A stretch of DNA of 52,744 bases from NCBI GenBank assembly GCA_964394905.1, contig CAYMZF010000002.1, positions 1 through 52,744 of the forward strand, written 5' to 3'. Below are positions 9,152 through 17,695 of the stretch, piece after piece. The notes below the pieces were generated by a model that worked only from the letters and a program-made list of their open reading frames with translations, was not told where the DNA came from and searched no databases. Made by a program: the position numbers and the translations under genes. How positions within the stretch are numbered: the first letter of the stretch is position 1; every line of letters starts with the position of its first letter. The DNA is from an uncultured Gammaproteobacteria bacterium. GTDB lineage: Bacteria > Patescibacteriota > Patescibacteriia > Patescibacteriales > UBA12465.

Positions 9152-11767
9152 TTAAAAACTTATTTTTTGTAATTCGGTTTGATAGGTTGTTAATTTGTCT
9201 TTTTCTTTTTGAACTAAATCACTTGGAGCTTTATCAATAAATTCACGGTTAGCTAATTTATTTTCTATAAGACTTATCATTTTTTTTAGATTTTCAACTT
9301 CTTTGGCCCGGCGAATTTTTTCCTTGGTTTCGTCTATAGCTCCTATTAAATAAATTTCAATTTCACCTATGTTTATGGCAATAACATTTTCTTTGGAAAA
9401 AACGGAATTTTCGGTGATAAACTCAATTTCAGAAATACCGGTTTTTAGATTAGTAATTAAATGTTGTTGGTTTTTTATAATTTTTTCTTTTGTTCTATCC
9501 AGTATTAAAGCTTTTATTTTCTGAGCCGGTTCAACTTTATTGGCAAAACGAGCGTTTCTGATGGTAATAATAATTTCTTTTATTAATTCAAAATCTTTTT
9601 CTTCTGAGTTATATGATAAATTTTGCGGTTGAGGCCAAGGAGCAATCATTAAAGTTTCGGGTTCTTGTAATTCTTGCCAAATAACTTCAGTTACAAAAGG
9701 GATGAATGGATGCCATAATTTTAAAACATTTTTTAATAAAAATATTAATAGTTTATTATTATTGTCATTTTTTTCAAACTTTTTAGCTTCTAAATACCAA
9801 TCAGCCAAATCATTCCAGGTAAAATCTTTTAATTTATCACCCGCTAAAGCGAATTGATATTCTTTCAAATTTTTTGTTGATTCAATTATTAAATTATTAA
9901 AACGATTTAATATCCATTGGTCGCTTAAAGTTAAGTTATTAGGATCGTAATTATCGGAAAAATCTTTAACGTTTGATGTTATAAATCGGCTGATATTCCA
10001 AAGTTTATTTACAAAATTGCGACAGCTTACAAGTTTTTCGTCGCTATTACGCATGTCATTTCCGGGAGTATTACCGATTAACAATGATAATCTTAAAGCA
10101 TCGGTACCGAATTCTTTTATTACATCCAACGGATCAATTCCATTACCTTTAGATTTACTCATTTTTTTACCGTTTTTATCTAAAACGGTTCCATGTAAAT
10201 AAACTTTTTCAAAAGGAATTTCTCCTAAAGCAAAAAGTGACATTATAACCATGCGAGACACCCATAAAGTAATAATTTCATAACCGGTTTCTAACATTTG
10301 AGTGGGGTGATATTTTTTTAATTCCCTCGATTTAATACCATTTTTAAAATTATCGGGCCAACCTAAAGTTGAAAAGGTCCACATACCGGAAGAGAACCAA
10401 GTATCTAAAGTATCAGGATCTTGAGTCCAACCCTCATCTTGCGGTTGTTCATAACCGACATATATTTTGTCTTCTTTATACCAAACCGGAATTTGATGAC
10501 CAAACCAAATTTGACGACTAATACACCAGTCATGCAAATTAGAAGTCCAATCTAAATATCTTTTAGCGAATCTTTCGGGAATAAATTCAATTTGTTTGGT
10601 TTCGGCCACTTCTAATGCTTTTTCTTTTAATGATTTATTATCTAAACGTTCCAATTTTTTGTCAACATTAACAAACCACTGTTTGGACGGTAAAGGTTCA
10701 ATCGGTGTATCACAGCGATAACAAATTGATAAATTATTGTTAATTTCTTCTTCTTTTTCTATTAAGCCTTGTTTTTGTAATTCAGTTATTATCATAGCAC
10801 GAGCTTCTAAAGCAGTTTGACCGGAAAATTTACCAAAACCTTCTCTTATCAGTCCTTGTTCATTTATAACTTTAATACTGGGTAAATTATTTTTTTGAGC
10901 CATTTGAGAATCAACTATAGAATGAGCCGGAGTTACACCTAAAGCTCCGGTACCAAAGTTCATATCAACACTAATATCGGAGATTATTTTTATATTTAAT
11001 TTTTGTCCGCAAAATTCAGTGGCAATAGTTTGTCCGATATATTTTTTGTAGCGTTCGTCGCGCGGATTAACGGCAATGGCCGTATCACCTAATTTTGTTT
11101 CGGGACGAGTAGTGGAGATAGCAATTGGAAAATTAAGATTATATTTAAAAGTATAAAATTTAGCTTGTTGTTCTTTATATTCAATTTCATCATCGGCTAA
11201 AGTTGATTGACAACGCGGGCACCAATTTATTACTCGTTCACCACGATAGATAATTTCATCATTATACATATCAATAAACATTTTTTTAACCGCTTCTTGT
11301 CTGGGTTCATCTAAAGTAAAAGCTTGGCGACTCCAATCAAGGGAGGTACCCATTTTTTTTGTTTGATTTAAAATAGTGCTTTGAGTTTCATTTAAAAATT
11401 CCCAAACTTTGGTTAAAAACTTTTCTCGTCCTAAATCATGTCGAGTTTGATGTGTTTCCGCAAATATCTTTTTTTCCACTACGTTTTGTGTGGCAATGGC
11501 GGCATGATCAGTTCCGGGAATCCAAAGAGTTCGATATCCGGTCATGCGATGAAATCTGACAAATAAATCTTCAATAGCTAACATTGAAGCATGTCCGATA
11601 TGAAGTTTGGCGGTGATATTGGGTGGGGGTAAAACTATAGTATAATTTGGCGCGGTTTCAGGCAAATTTAAATTATCAGGGTTAAAATAACCTGATTTTT
11701 GCCATTTTTCATAAATTTTATCTTCCCATTCTTCTGGGTTATAGATTTTTTCCATTTCTTTTTTCAT
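9152..11767 (-). CDS. valS: valine--tRNA ligase
   Basis: PPPNITAKLHIGHA (HIGH), KMSKSKGN (KMSKS), an editing-domain insert, and a C-terminal coiled coil. Confidence 0.95.
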   Translation of the reverse strand: MKKEMEKIYNPEEWEDKIYEKWQKSGYFNPDNLNLPETAPNYTIVLPPPNITAKLHIGHASMLAIEDLFVRFHRMTGYRTLWIPGTDHAAIATQNVVEKKIFAETHQTRHDLGREKFLTKVWEFLNETQSTILNQTKKMGTSLDWSRQAFTLDEPRQEAVKKMFIDMYNDEIIYRGERVINWCPRCQSTLADDEIEYKEQQAKFYTFKYNLNFPIAISTTRPETKLGDTAIAVNPRDERYKKYIGQTIATEFCGQKLNIKIISDISVDMNFGTGALGVTPAHSIVDSQMAQKNNLPSIKVINEQGLIREGFGKFSGQTALEARAMIITELQKQGLIEKEEEINNNLSICYRCDTPIEPLPSKQWFVNVDKKLERLDNKSLKEKALEVAETKQIEFIPERFAKRYLDWTSNLHDWCISRQIWFGHQIPVWYKEDKIYVGYEQPQDEGWTQDPDTLDTWFSSGMWTFSTLGWPDNFKNGIKSRELKKYHPTQMLETGYEIITLWVSRMVIMSLFALGEIPFEKVYLHGTVLDKNGKKMSKSKGNGIDPLDVIKEFGTDALRLSLLIGNTPGNDMRNSDEKLVSCRNFVNKLWNISRFITSNVKDFSDNYDPNNLTLSDQWILNRFNNLIIESTKNLKEYQFALAGDKLKDFTWNDLADWYLEAKKFEKNDNNNKLLIFLLKNVLKLWHPFIPFVTEVIWQELQEPETLMIAPWPQPQNLSYNSEEKDFELIKEIIITIRNARFANKVEPAQKIKALILDRTKEKIIKNQQHLITNLKTGISEIEFITENSVFSKENVIAINIGEIEIYLIGAIDETKEKIRRAKEVENLKKMISLIENKLANREFIDKAPSDLVQKEKDKLTTYQTELQKISF

Positions 11768-11850
11768 GATTTTTTATTGTTTTTCCTTTTAAATTATAGC
11801 ATTATATTATCAAAAATAACACTCTTGGTCAATTATTTAATCTGTCAATA

Positions 11851-11879
11851 TTGACTATTTTTTTAAATCAATATATAGT
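11851..11879 (+). promoter_or_regulatory. candidate sigma70-type promoter for the DHH-family gene
   Basis: TTGACT-N17-TATAGT, with the -10 ending 32 nt upstream of the ATG at 11911. The -35 overlaps the palindrome GTCAATATTGAC. Confidence 0.45.
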
Positions 11880-11910
11880 ATTTAATTAACATTTTTTAAT
11901 TGTAAGTCAG

Positions 11911-13167
11911 ATGGAAACCGGTCAACAATTTTTTAATTTAATTGAAAAATCAAAAAATATTTTAATAAGTTTTCCGATTGATTGGAGCGGAGATGCTATT
12001 TCAGCCTCTTTGGCTTTGTTTTTATTTCTTAAAAAAATAGGAAAAAACGTTGAAATTGGAGCCGAGCACATGAAAAATGCCAATAATTTTAAAATACCGA
12101 CTGAATCTTTTAAATTTTTACCGGCATTTTCGGAAATAAAAGATTCTTTGGAAAACTTAATGAAATTTATTGTTTCGGTTGATTTAAAAAATGCTAAAGT
12201 CAGTCAAATAAAATATGTTATTGAAAATAATAAACTTAATTTTATAATTTCACCTAAAGACGGTTTTTTTACCGAAGAAGATCTTAGCTCTAATATGGGT
12301 GGTTTTAAATATGATTTAATTATTACGGTTGATAGTTGTGATTTAGAATCTTTGGGCAAAATTTATGACAGTAATATTGATTTTTTTTATAAAACCCCGA
12401 TTATTAATATTGATCAAAGTCCGGAGAATGAAGAGTTCGGACAACTTAATATTATTGACTTAAAAGCGGTAGCCGTTACTGAAATAGTTTTTAATTTATT
12501 ATCCAGTTATAATAAAAAATTGATTGATGAAGATATCGCCACTTGTTTATTGGCCGGAATAATTTTTAGAACTAAAAGTTTTAAAACTTCCAATGTTACT
12601 CCTCGGGTTTTAGATACTACTTCCAAATTAATTGAATTGGGAGCTCGACGGGAAGAAATTGTAGCTAATCTATATCGTTCTCGCAGTTTAAGTACTTTAA
12701 AATTATGGGGACGAGTTTTAAATAATTTATCAACCAGTGAAGACAATAGTATTATTTGGACAACTTTATTTAAAAATGATTTTCAAATATCTAAATCTGG
12801 TGAAGAAAACTTACAAGATGTTATTGATGAATTAATTATCAGTATTCCAACAGCTAAAGTTATTGTTGTTTTTTATTCTTTAAGTGAAATGTCGGTTTTA
12901 GATGAACAGTATATGACCAGTGACGACAAACGGGAATTTAATGATAAAACCATTGTTATTCATAATAGTCTTGATGGTCTTGATAAAATTTTTAGAACCA
13001 ATGTTACTGTTTGTTCGGTAAAAAATATTGACGCTTTGGAATTGATAAAAAATTTAAAGCCGGAAGGCACTAAAAAAATAGCTCAATCTTCAATTAATCG
13101 TCCACTTAAAGAAGTGGAAAAAGAAGTAATCTCAAATATAAAAAATCAGCTTGAAAAAATATTTTAA
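11911..13167 (+). CDS. DHH/DHHA1-family phosphoesterase homolog (NrnA-like) with degenerate catalytic motifs
   Basis: The overall NrnA-like layout is present: ILISFPIDWSGDAISASLAL, LIITVDSCD, IINIDQSPENEEFG, LLAGIIFRTKSF. However, the DHH motif reads DQS and the GxxTDTGxF motif reads IFRTKSF. Confidence 0.65.
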   Translation: METGQQFFNLIEKSKNILISFPIDWSGDAISASLALFLFLKKIGKNVEIGAEHMKNANNFKIPTESFKFLPAFSEIKDSLENLMKFIVSVDLKNAKVSQIKYVIENNKLNFIISPKDGFFTEEDLSSNMGGFKYDLIITVDSCDLESLGKIYDSNIDFFYKTPIINIDQSPENEEFGQLNIIDLKAVAVTEIVFNLLSSYNKKLIDEDIATCLLAGIIFRTKSFKTSNVTPRVLDTTSKLIELGARREEIVANLYRSRSLSTLKLWGRVLNNLSTSEDNSIIWTTLFKNDFQISKSGEENLQDVIDELIISIPTAKVIVVFYSLSEMSVLDEQYMTSDDKREFNDKTIVIHNSLDGLDKIFRTNVTVCSVKNIDALELIKNLKPEGTKKIAQSSINRPLKEVEKEVISNIKNQLEKIF

Positions 13168-13230
13168 TAATGTTAATATTTTAAATAGTTAAACGGAATT
13201 ACCAGATAAAATGGCTGGTTTTTGTTTTCC

Positions 13231-13304
13231 GGGTGTATAGCTCAGTTGGTTAGAGCGCTACGTTGACATCGTAGAGGTCTCCCGTTCGAGTCGGGATATA
13301 CCCA
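13231..13304 (+). tRNA. tRNA-Val (anticodon GAC)
   Basis: Cloverleaf read by eye. Acceptor GGGTGTA/TATACCC, D-loop AGCTCAGTTGGTTAGAGC, anticodon arm CTACG-ttGACat-CGTAG, T-arm CCCGT-TCGAGTC-GGGAT (last pair T-T). No encoded CCA. Confidence 0.9.
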
Positions 13305-13320
13305 CTGGAGCTAAAATTTT

Positions 13321-13394
13321 GGGCATATAGCTCAGTTGGTTAGAGCACCGCCCTTATAAGGCGGGGGTCGATGGTTCAAGTCCATCTATGCCCA
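13321..13394 (+). tRNA. tRNA-Ile (anticodon UAU)
   Basis: Acceptor GGGCATA/TATGCCC, anticodon arm CCGCC-ctTATaa-GGCGG, T-arm GATGG-TTCAAGT-CCATC. The anticodon TAT reads AUA. Confidence 0.85.
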
Positions 13395-13398
13395 CAAT

Positions 13399-13827
13399 AT
13401 GGTAAATTTATTTAAAAAAAATAAAACCAATTCTTATAAAATTTCAACTTTTAACGAAGCTGAAGAAGCTTCTTTTAATTGGTTGGGTGAAGAATTAGCT
13501 GAGGGTCAATTGTTGGTGGATGTTTATCAAACTCCCGACAATATTATAGTTAAATCAACCATTGCCGGAGTTAAGCCGGAAAATTTATTCATTTCTCTTA
13601 ACCATGATATTTTAACTATCAAAGGTAAAAGAGAACATGAAAATTCGGTTAACGATGATGATTATTTACTTCGAGAATGTTATTTTGGTTCTTTTTCTCG
13701 AACTGTAATTTTACCGGAGGAAGTTGATAATAAAAAGATTGAAGCCGTTTTAGAAAACGGAGTATTAACTGTAGTTTTAGAAAAAATGTATAAAGACCAT
13801 CAAGTTAAAGTAAAAATCAAGTCATAA
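13399..13827 (+). CDS. Hsp20/alpha-crystallin family small heat shock protein
   Basis: Alpha-crystallin domain: LLVDVYQTPDNIIVKSTIAGVKPENL...ILTIKGKRE...GSFSRTVILPEEVDNKKIEAVLENGVLTVVLEK. Confidence 0.88.
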   Translation: MVNLFKKNKTNSYKISTFNEAEEASFNWLGEELAEGQLLVDVYQTPDNIIVKSTIAGVKPENLFISLNHDILTIKGKREHENSVNDDDYLLRECYFGSFSRTVILPEEVDNKKIEAVLENGVLTVVLEKMYKDHQVKVKIKS

Positions 13828-13831
13828 TTTT

Positions 13832-14056
13832 ATGGAAAAGGTTTTTGTTATTATTAAATTTTCCGAGGAAAATGTTGTTTTGTATAACGATGAATTAAAT
13901 CGAGAGTTTTTATGGTTGCGAGAATTTTTACCGCCTGATTCTAAAGTCGGCGATAAAATAAATTTTTTAATTTCGCTTGACGATATTGAAACGGCTAAAA
14001 GAAAACAACAAGCTCGGGATGTTTTGAATGAAATTTTAACAGTTGAAGAAAATTAA
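13832..14056 (+). CDS. small hypothetical protein (DUF3006-like, tentative)
   Basis: 74 aa, tightly coupled to hsp20 (4-nt gap). The pattern VFVIIKFSEENVVL...LPPDSKVGDKI resembles DUF3006 from memory. Confidence 0.5.
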   Translation: MEKVFVIIKFSEENVVLYNDELNREFLWLREFLPPDSKVGDKINFLISLDDIETAKRKQQARDVLNEILTVEEN

Positions 14057-14081
14057 TTTTTTATTTTAAAAGTCAGGTTTT

Positions 14082-16025
14082 ATGAATATTAAAACCAAAA
14101 AAATTATTTTTATAAGCATAGGCATTGTATTATTATGGCTTGTTTTTTTATTGGTCGGTAATTTTGTTTATAATAAAAAATGGGCTAATACTATTTATCC
14201 TAATATTTATTTAAATAATGTTAATTTAGGCGGTTTGAATAAAGCTGAAGCTAAAGATGTTATTAATCAAAAAATAAACGATTTTGAAAAAACAGGAATA
14301 AGGATAAACTTGAAAAATAGGGAAATTATTTGGAATAATACCGTCTCATCTTTAGATCCGGATTTAGCCATTCAACCGGTAGTTTTTGATGTTGATAAAA
14401 CAATAGATCGGGCTTATCAATTTGGTCGTCAAGGAAATTTATCGGATATATTTTTTAAAATTAATTCTTTGTTTTTTAAAACTCAAGTAGAAATAAATTT
14501 TTCAATTAATGATGAAAATATATTAAAAATTTTAAATGATAATTTTTCTGATTTAGAAATATTTACTAATAATGCCAAACTAAATTTTAAAGAAGAAATA
14601 AAAAACACCGATAATACTACCACTTTAACTTTCTTTATTGAACCGGAAAATTCCGGTAAAGAAATTGATGATAATGTTTTTTTAACAAAATTTAAAAACA
14701 ATTTATCTTTACTGAAAAATGATCAAATTAATTTGAATTTAGTTGATAAACAACCGGAAATAACTTTAGCTATGTCTCAGGGTTTAGAAATAGAAGCGGA
14801 GAATTTATTAAACTTAGCTCCGTTTAATTTAATTTATCAAGATAAAAACAAAACTTTTGTTGTTAGCCAAATAGAATTGGCTTCGTGGTTAAATTTGGAA
14901 CCACAGTATTTACAGAACAAAATTATTTCAACTCAGGTCGGTTTAGATGATGAAAAAATTATTAAATTTTTTGATGAAAAAATAAAACCCGAAGTTAATC
15001 AAGAACCGGTTTTACCAAAATTTGAATTTAGTAATAATAAAGTTAGCTCTTTTGAATCCGGTACGGACGGTTTAAAAATAAATTATGAACAAAGTATAAA
15101 TAATATAAAAAACGCTTTTTATCAACGTAATATGGAAAATGTTGTTTTAACGGTAGAAGTTGATCCGGTTCAAAAAATTAACAGCGTTAACGATTTAGGA
15201 ATTGAAGAAATAATCGGTACGGGTCATTCTAATTTTTCCGGTTCATCGGCTAATCGTCGTCATAATATAAAAACCGGGGCTAGCAAACTTAGCGGTTTAA
15301 TTATTAAACCCGGTGAAGAATTTTCTCTTCTTAAAGCATTGGGAGAAACAGATGCTAAAGCCGGTTATTTACCGGAGTTAGTTATTAAAGGGAATAAAAC
15401 AACTTTGGAATACGGTGGAGGTTTATGTCAAATTGCTACTACGATGTTTAGAACCGCTTTAGCTTCCGGTTTACCAATTACCGAACGGCGTAATCATTCT
15501 TATCGGGTTTCATATTATGAACCGGCTGGAACGGATGCCACTATTTATATTCCCAGTCCTGATTTAAAATTTAAAAATGATACGGGTAATAATATTTTAA
15601 TTCAAACTCGTTTTGAAGGCACTAATGATATTTATTTTGATTTTTGGGGGAAATCAGATGGTCGAACAGCTACAACCACTTATCCGGTTATTTATAATAT
15701 TGTTAAACCGGCTCCGACCAAGATTGTTGAAACTACTGAATTGCCGGTGGGAGAGAAAAAATGTACCGAAAGCGCTCATGCCGGAGCTGAAGCCTATTTT
15801 GATTATACGGTCATATATAATGCTGGAACAGATAATGAAAATAAAGTTGAAACTAGATTTAGTTCTAAATATGTTCCATGGCAAGCCGTATGTCTCTTAG
15901 GAGTTGAAAAAACAAGTGAAGCGACCTCCACTTCTATGACTGCTTCTACTTCTACTCTCAATACTACTTCAATTAATACAGTTTCAACCAGCACTAGTCT
16001 AATTGCCACTACTACAACTGAATAG
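14082..16025 (+). CDS. VanW-family protein, TM-anchored, with Ser/Thr-rich C-terminal tail
   Basis: N-terminal TM helix. VanW core: RRHNIKTGASKLSGLIIKPGEEFSLLKALGE, YGGGLCQIATTMFRTALASGLPITERRNHSYRVSYYEP. The C-terminal ~45 aa are almost only S/T. Confidence 0.85.
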   Translation: MNIKTKKIIFISIGIVLLWLVFLLVGNFVYNKKWANTIYPNIYLNNVNLGGLNKAEAKDVINQKINDFEKTGIRINLKNREIIWNNTVSSLDPDLAIQPVVFDVDKTIDRAYQFGRQGNLSDIFFKINSLFFKTQVEINFSINDENILKILNDNFSDLEIFTNNAKLNFKEEIKNTDNTTTLTFFIEPENSGKEIDDNVFLTKFKNNLSLLKNDQINLNLVDKQPEITLAMSQGLEIEAENLLNLAPFNLIYQDKNKTFVVSQIELASWLNLEPQYLQNKIISTQVGLDDEKIIKFFDEKIKPEVNQEPVLPKFEFSNNKVSSFESGTDGLKINYEQSINNIKNAFYQRNMENVVLTVEVDPVQKINSVNDLGIEEIIGTGHSNFSGSSANRRHNIKTGASKLSGLIIKPGEEFSLLKALGETDAKAGYLPELVIKGNKTTLEYGGGLCQIATTMFRTALASGLPITERRNHSYRVSYYEPAGTDATIYIPSPDLKFKNDTGNNILIQTRFEGTNDIYFDFWGKSDGRTATTTYPVIYNIVKPAPTKIVETTELPVGEKKCTESAHAGAEAYFDYTVIYNAGTDNENKVETRFSSKYVPWQAVCLLGVEKTSEATSTSMTASTSTLNTTSINTVSTSTSLIATTTTE

Positions 16026-16048
16026 ATATTTTTCTAAAATAAAAAAAA

Positions 16049-16159
16049 CCGACTTAAACGGGATAGGCAAGAAAATTTCTTTTAGGAGTTTTAAAGCAAA
16101 TGCCTTAGAGACCCTGAAAGAAAATCCCATGCTTGTCGTGCCTGACCCGTTTAAACCGG
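16049..16159 (+). ncRNA. candidate rod-like structured RNA (or unusually elaborate terminator) between convergent vanW and tsaD
   Basis: A 111-nt imperfect hairpin. 16049-16062 pairs with 16146-16159 (12 of 14), 16064-16072 with 16136-16144 (8 of 9), and 16076-16086 with 16113-16123 (11 of 11 including one G-U). There is an apical stem with loop AAAT at 16098-16101. The hairpin is flanked by A8 and T6. Three G-U pairs favour the + strand. Confidence 0.4.
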
Positions 16160-16245
16160 TTTTTTAATTGTTAAAACATAACTGTTAAATATATCATACA
16201 AATAAAAATATGTCAATAGTAAACTTAACTATTTTTTATATTCTT

Positions 16246-16273
16246 AAAAAACCCTTATTTTAAAGGGTTTTTT
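16246..16273. terminator. terminator of tsaD (palindromic, usable in both directions)
   Basis: AAAAAACCCTT-atttta-AAGGGTTTTTT, overlapping the tsaD stop codon. Confidence 0.7.
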
Positions 16274-17315
16274 ACTTAAATTCGAGGTTGGAATTAACTT
16301 TTATATCTTTATAGGTTTTAAACTTTTTTTTATTTTTTAAAAAATGATAGGTTCCGGCCATAGCAATCATAGCGGCATTATCACCGGTATATTTAAGTGA
16401 CGGAAAAATAAAATTAATATTTTTAAAATTTTTTTTAATTCGTTTTTGAAATTCATTTTTTAATTCCTGATTAGCTGAAACTCCGCCCACCAACATAATG
16501 GTTTTAACTTGATATTTTTTAGCCGCCTTTAAAGTTTTACTTATTAAGACATCAATCGCGGCTTGTTGGAAAGAATAACAATATTGAGGAATTTTATTTT
16601 TCCAATTTTTATCTTTTTTTAATTGATAAAGTAAAGCAGTTTTTAAACCGGAAAAAGAAAAATTAAAGTTAGGTGAAGTTATCATCGGACGAGGTAAATG
16701 AATTTCTTCCGGATTTTTAACATTGTTTATATATTCTTTAGCTTGTTTTGCTATTATTGGTCCGCCGGGATAGCCAAGACCCATCATTCGAGCGGCCTTG
16801 TCAAAAGCTTCACCGGCGGCATCATCTAAAGTTTGTCCAATAATTTGATAATGTAGATGATCCTTCATTAAAGCTAAAATATTATGACCACCTGAGACGG
16901 TTAAAATTAAAACCGGCCAAATTATTTTCTTTTTATTTTCTATAAAAGCAGAATAGATATGGCCCTCAATATGATTAATGGGAATTATCGGTTTGTTCCA
17001 AACATAGGCTAAACTCTTGGCTGTTTCCGTAGCTGAAATTAAAGAAGTTATAAGTCCCGGGCCGGCGGTAACGGCAATAGCTGAAATTTGGCTTGGTTTT
17101 ATTTTAGCTTGTTTAATACTTTGATCAATTACCGGCAAAATATGAACAACGTGTTCACGGGCGGCAATTTCCGGCACGACTCCACCATATTGTTTGTGGA
17201 TATTAATTTGAGAGGAAACAATATTGGATAAAATATTAAAATTGTTATAATCGAATTTTATAATAGCGGCGGCGCTTTCGTCGCAACTGCTTTCAATTCC
17301 TAAAATTATTGGCAT
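16272..17315 (-). CDS. tsaD: tRNA N6-adenosine threonylcarbamoyltransferase TsaD (Kae1/Gcp family)
   Basis: ILGIESSCDESAAAI, GGVVPEIAAREH, HIEGH, SGGH, GDNAAMIA motifs. Confidence 0.93.
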   Translation of the reverse strand: MPIILGIESSCDESAAAIIKFDYNNFNILSNIVSSQINIHKQYGGVVPEIAAREHVVHILPVIDQSIKQAKIKPSQISAIAVTAGPGLITSLISATETAKSLAYVWNKPIIPINHIEGHIYSAFIENKKKIIWPVLILTVSGGHNILALMKDHLHYQIIGQTLDDAAGEAFDKAARMMGLGYPGGPIIAKQAKEYINNVKNPEEIHLPRPMITSPNFNFSFSGLKTALLYQLKKDKNWKNKIPQYCYSFQQAAIDVLISKTLKAAKKYQVKTIMLVGGVSANQELKNEFQKRIKKNFKNINFIFPSLKYTGDNAAMIAMAGTYHFLKNKKKFKTYKDIKVNSNLEFK

Positions 17316-17369
17316 ATTTTTTTGTTTATAACTATAGTTTAACTGAAGTTTTAATTAAAAACAAGATTA

Positions 17370-17398
17370 TTGACAAGATTAAGAATTAAATATAAAAT
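17370..17398 (+). promoter_or_regulatory. candidate sigma70-type promoter upstream of tRNA-Glu
   Basis: TTGACA-N17-TAAAAT, with the -10 ending 55 nt upstream of the tRNA 5' end. Confidence 0.5.
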
Positions 17399-17400
17399 AA

Positions 17401-17430
17401 AAATGCTTTTAGTTAATGCTAAAAGCATTT
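17401..17430. other. perfect 12-bp hairpin between the promoter and tRNA-Glu
   Basis: AAATGCTTTTAG-ttaatg-CTAAAAGCATTT, followed by TAGTTTTTT. It looks like a terminator, but it sits between a promoter and the tRNA. Confidence 0.5.
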
Positions 17431-17452
17431 TAGTTTTTTATGTGACTTTATT

Positions 17453-17524
17453 GGCCCCTTCGTCTATCGGTTAGGACACCAGGTTTTCAACCTGATAAGA
17501 TGGGTTCGACTCCCGTAGGGGTCA
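17453..17524 (+). tRNA. tRNA-Glu (anticodon UUC); integration target of the island
   Basis: Acceptor GGCCCCT/AGGGGTC, anticodon arm CCAGG-ttTTCaa-CCTGA, T-arm TGGGT-TCGACTC-CCGTA (end pairs T-A, T-C mismatch). No encoded CCA. The 3' 44 nt belong to the 80-nt direct repeat. Confidence 0.88.
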
Positions 17525-17560
17525 CATTATAAAATAGGTTTTAAAACCTATTTTTTTGTT
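17481..17560. repeat. left copy of exact 80-nt direct repeat (attL-like)
   Basis: Identical to 22589-22668 by direct comparison. Covers tRNA-Glu from the anticodon stem to the 3' end, plus 36 nt downstream including the tRNA terminator hairpin. Confidence 0.95.
17531..17557 (+). terminator. tRNA-Glu terminator (duplicated in the right repeat at about 22639-22665)
   Basis: AATAGGT-tttaaa-ACCTATT followed by T7. Confidence 0.6.
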
Positions 17561-17695
17561 ATACTTTTTTAAATATTAGATTTAATAGTTATAAGATTTT
17601 TATTTTTATTTTTTATATTTTACTAGCATGCTTATAAAATGTAATAAAATTTGATTTTTGATAAAATTAGTGTTATTTTAATAGTGATAATTAAA

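Noticed and set aside
11828-11855. Palindrome GTCAATATTGAC, plus an extra GTCAAT half-site, in the divergent valS / DHH intergenic region as a possible operator.
   Set aside because: It overlaps the predicted -35 (TTGACT), so the similarity may simply reflect promoter elements on both strands. In DNA this AT-rich, a 12-nt palindrome is not compelling on its own.
16049-16159. Possibility that the 111-nt rod-like hairpin is the SRP (4.5S) RNA.
   Set aside because: The size and shape fit. However, I could not find the conserved helix-8 pattern (a GNRA-type tetraloop flanked by the AGG / AGCA symmetric-loop residues) on either strand. The apical loop is AAAT, so I kept it as an unassigned RNA candidate.
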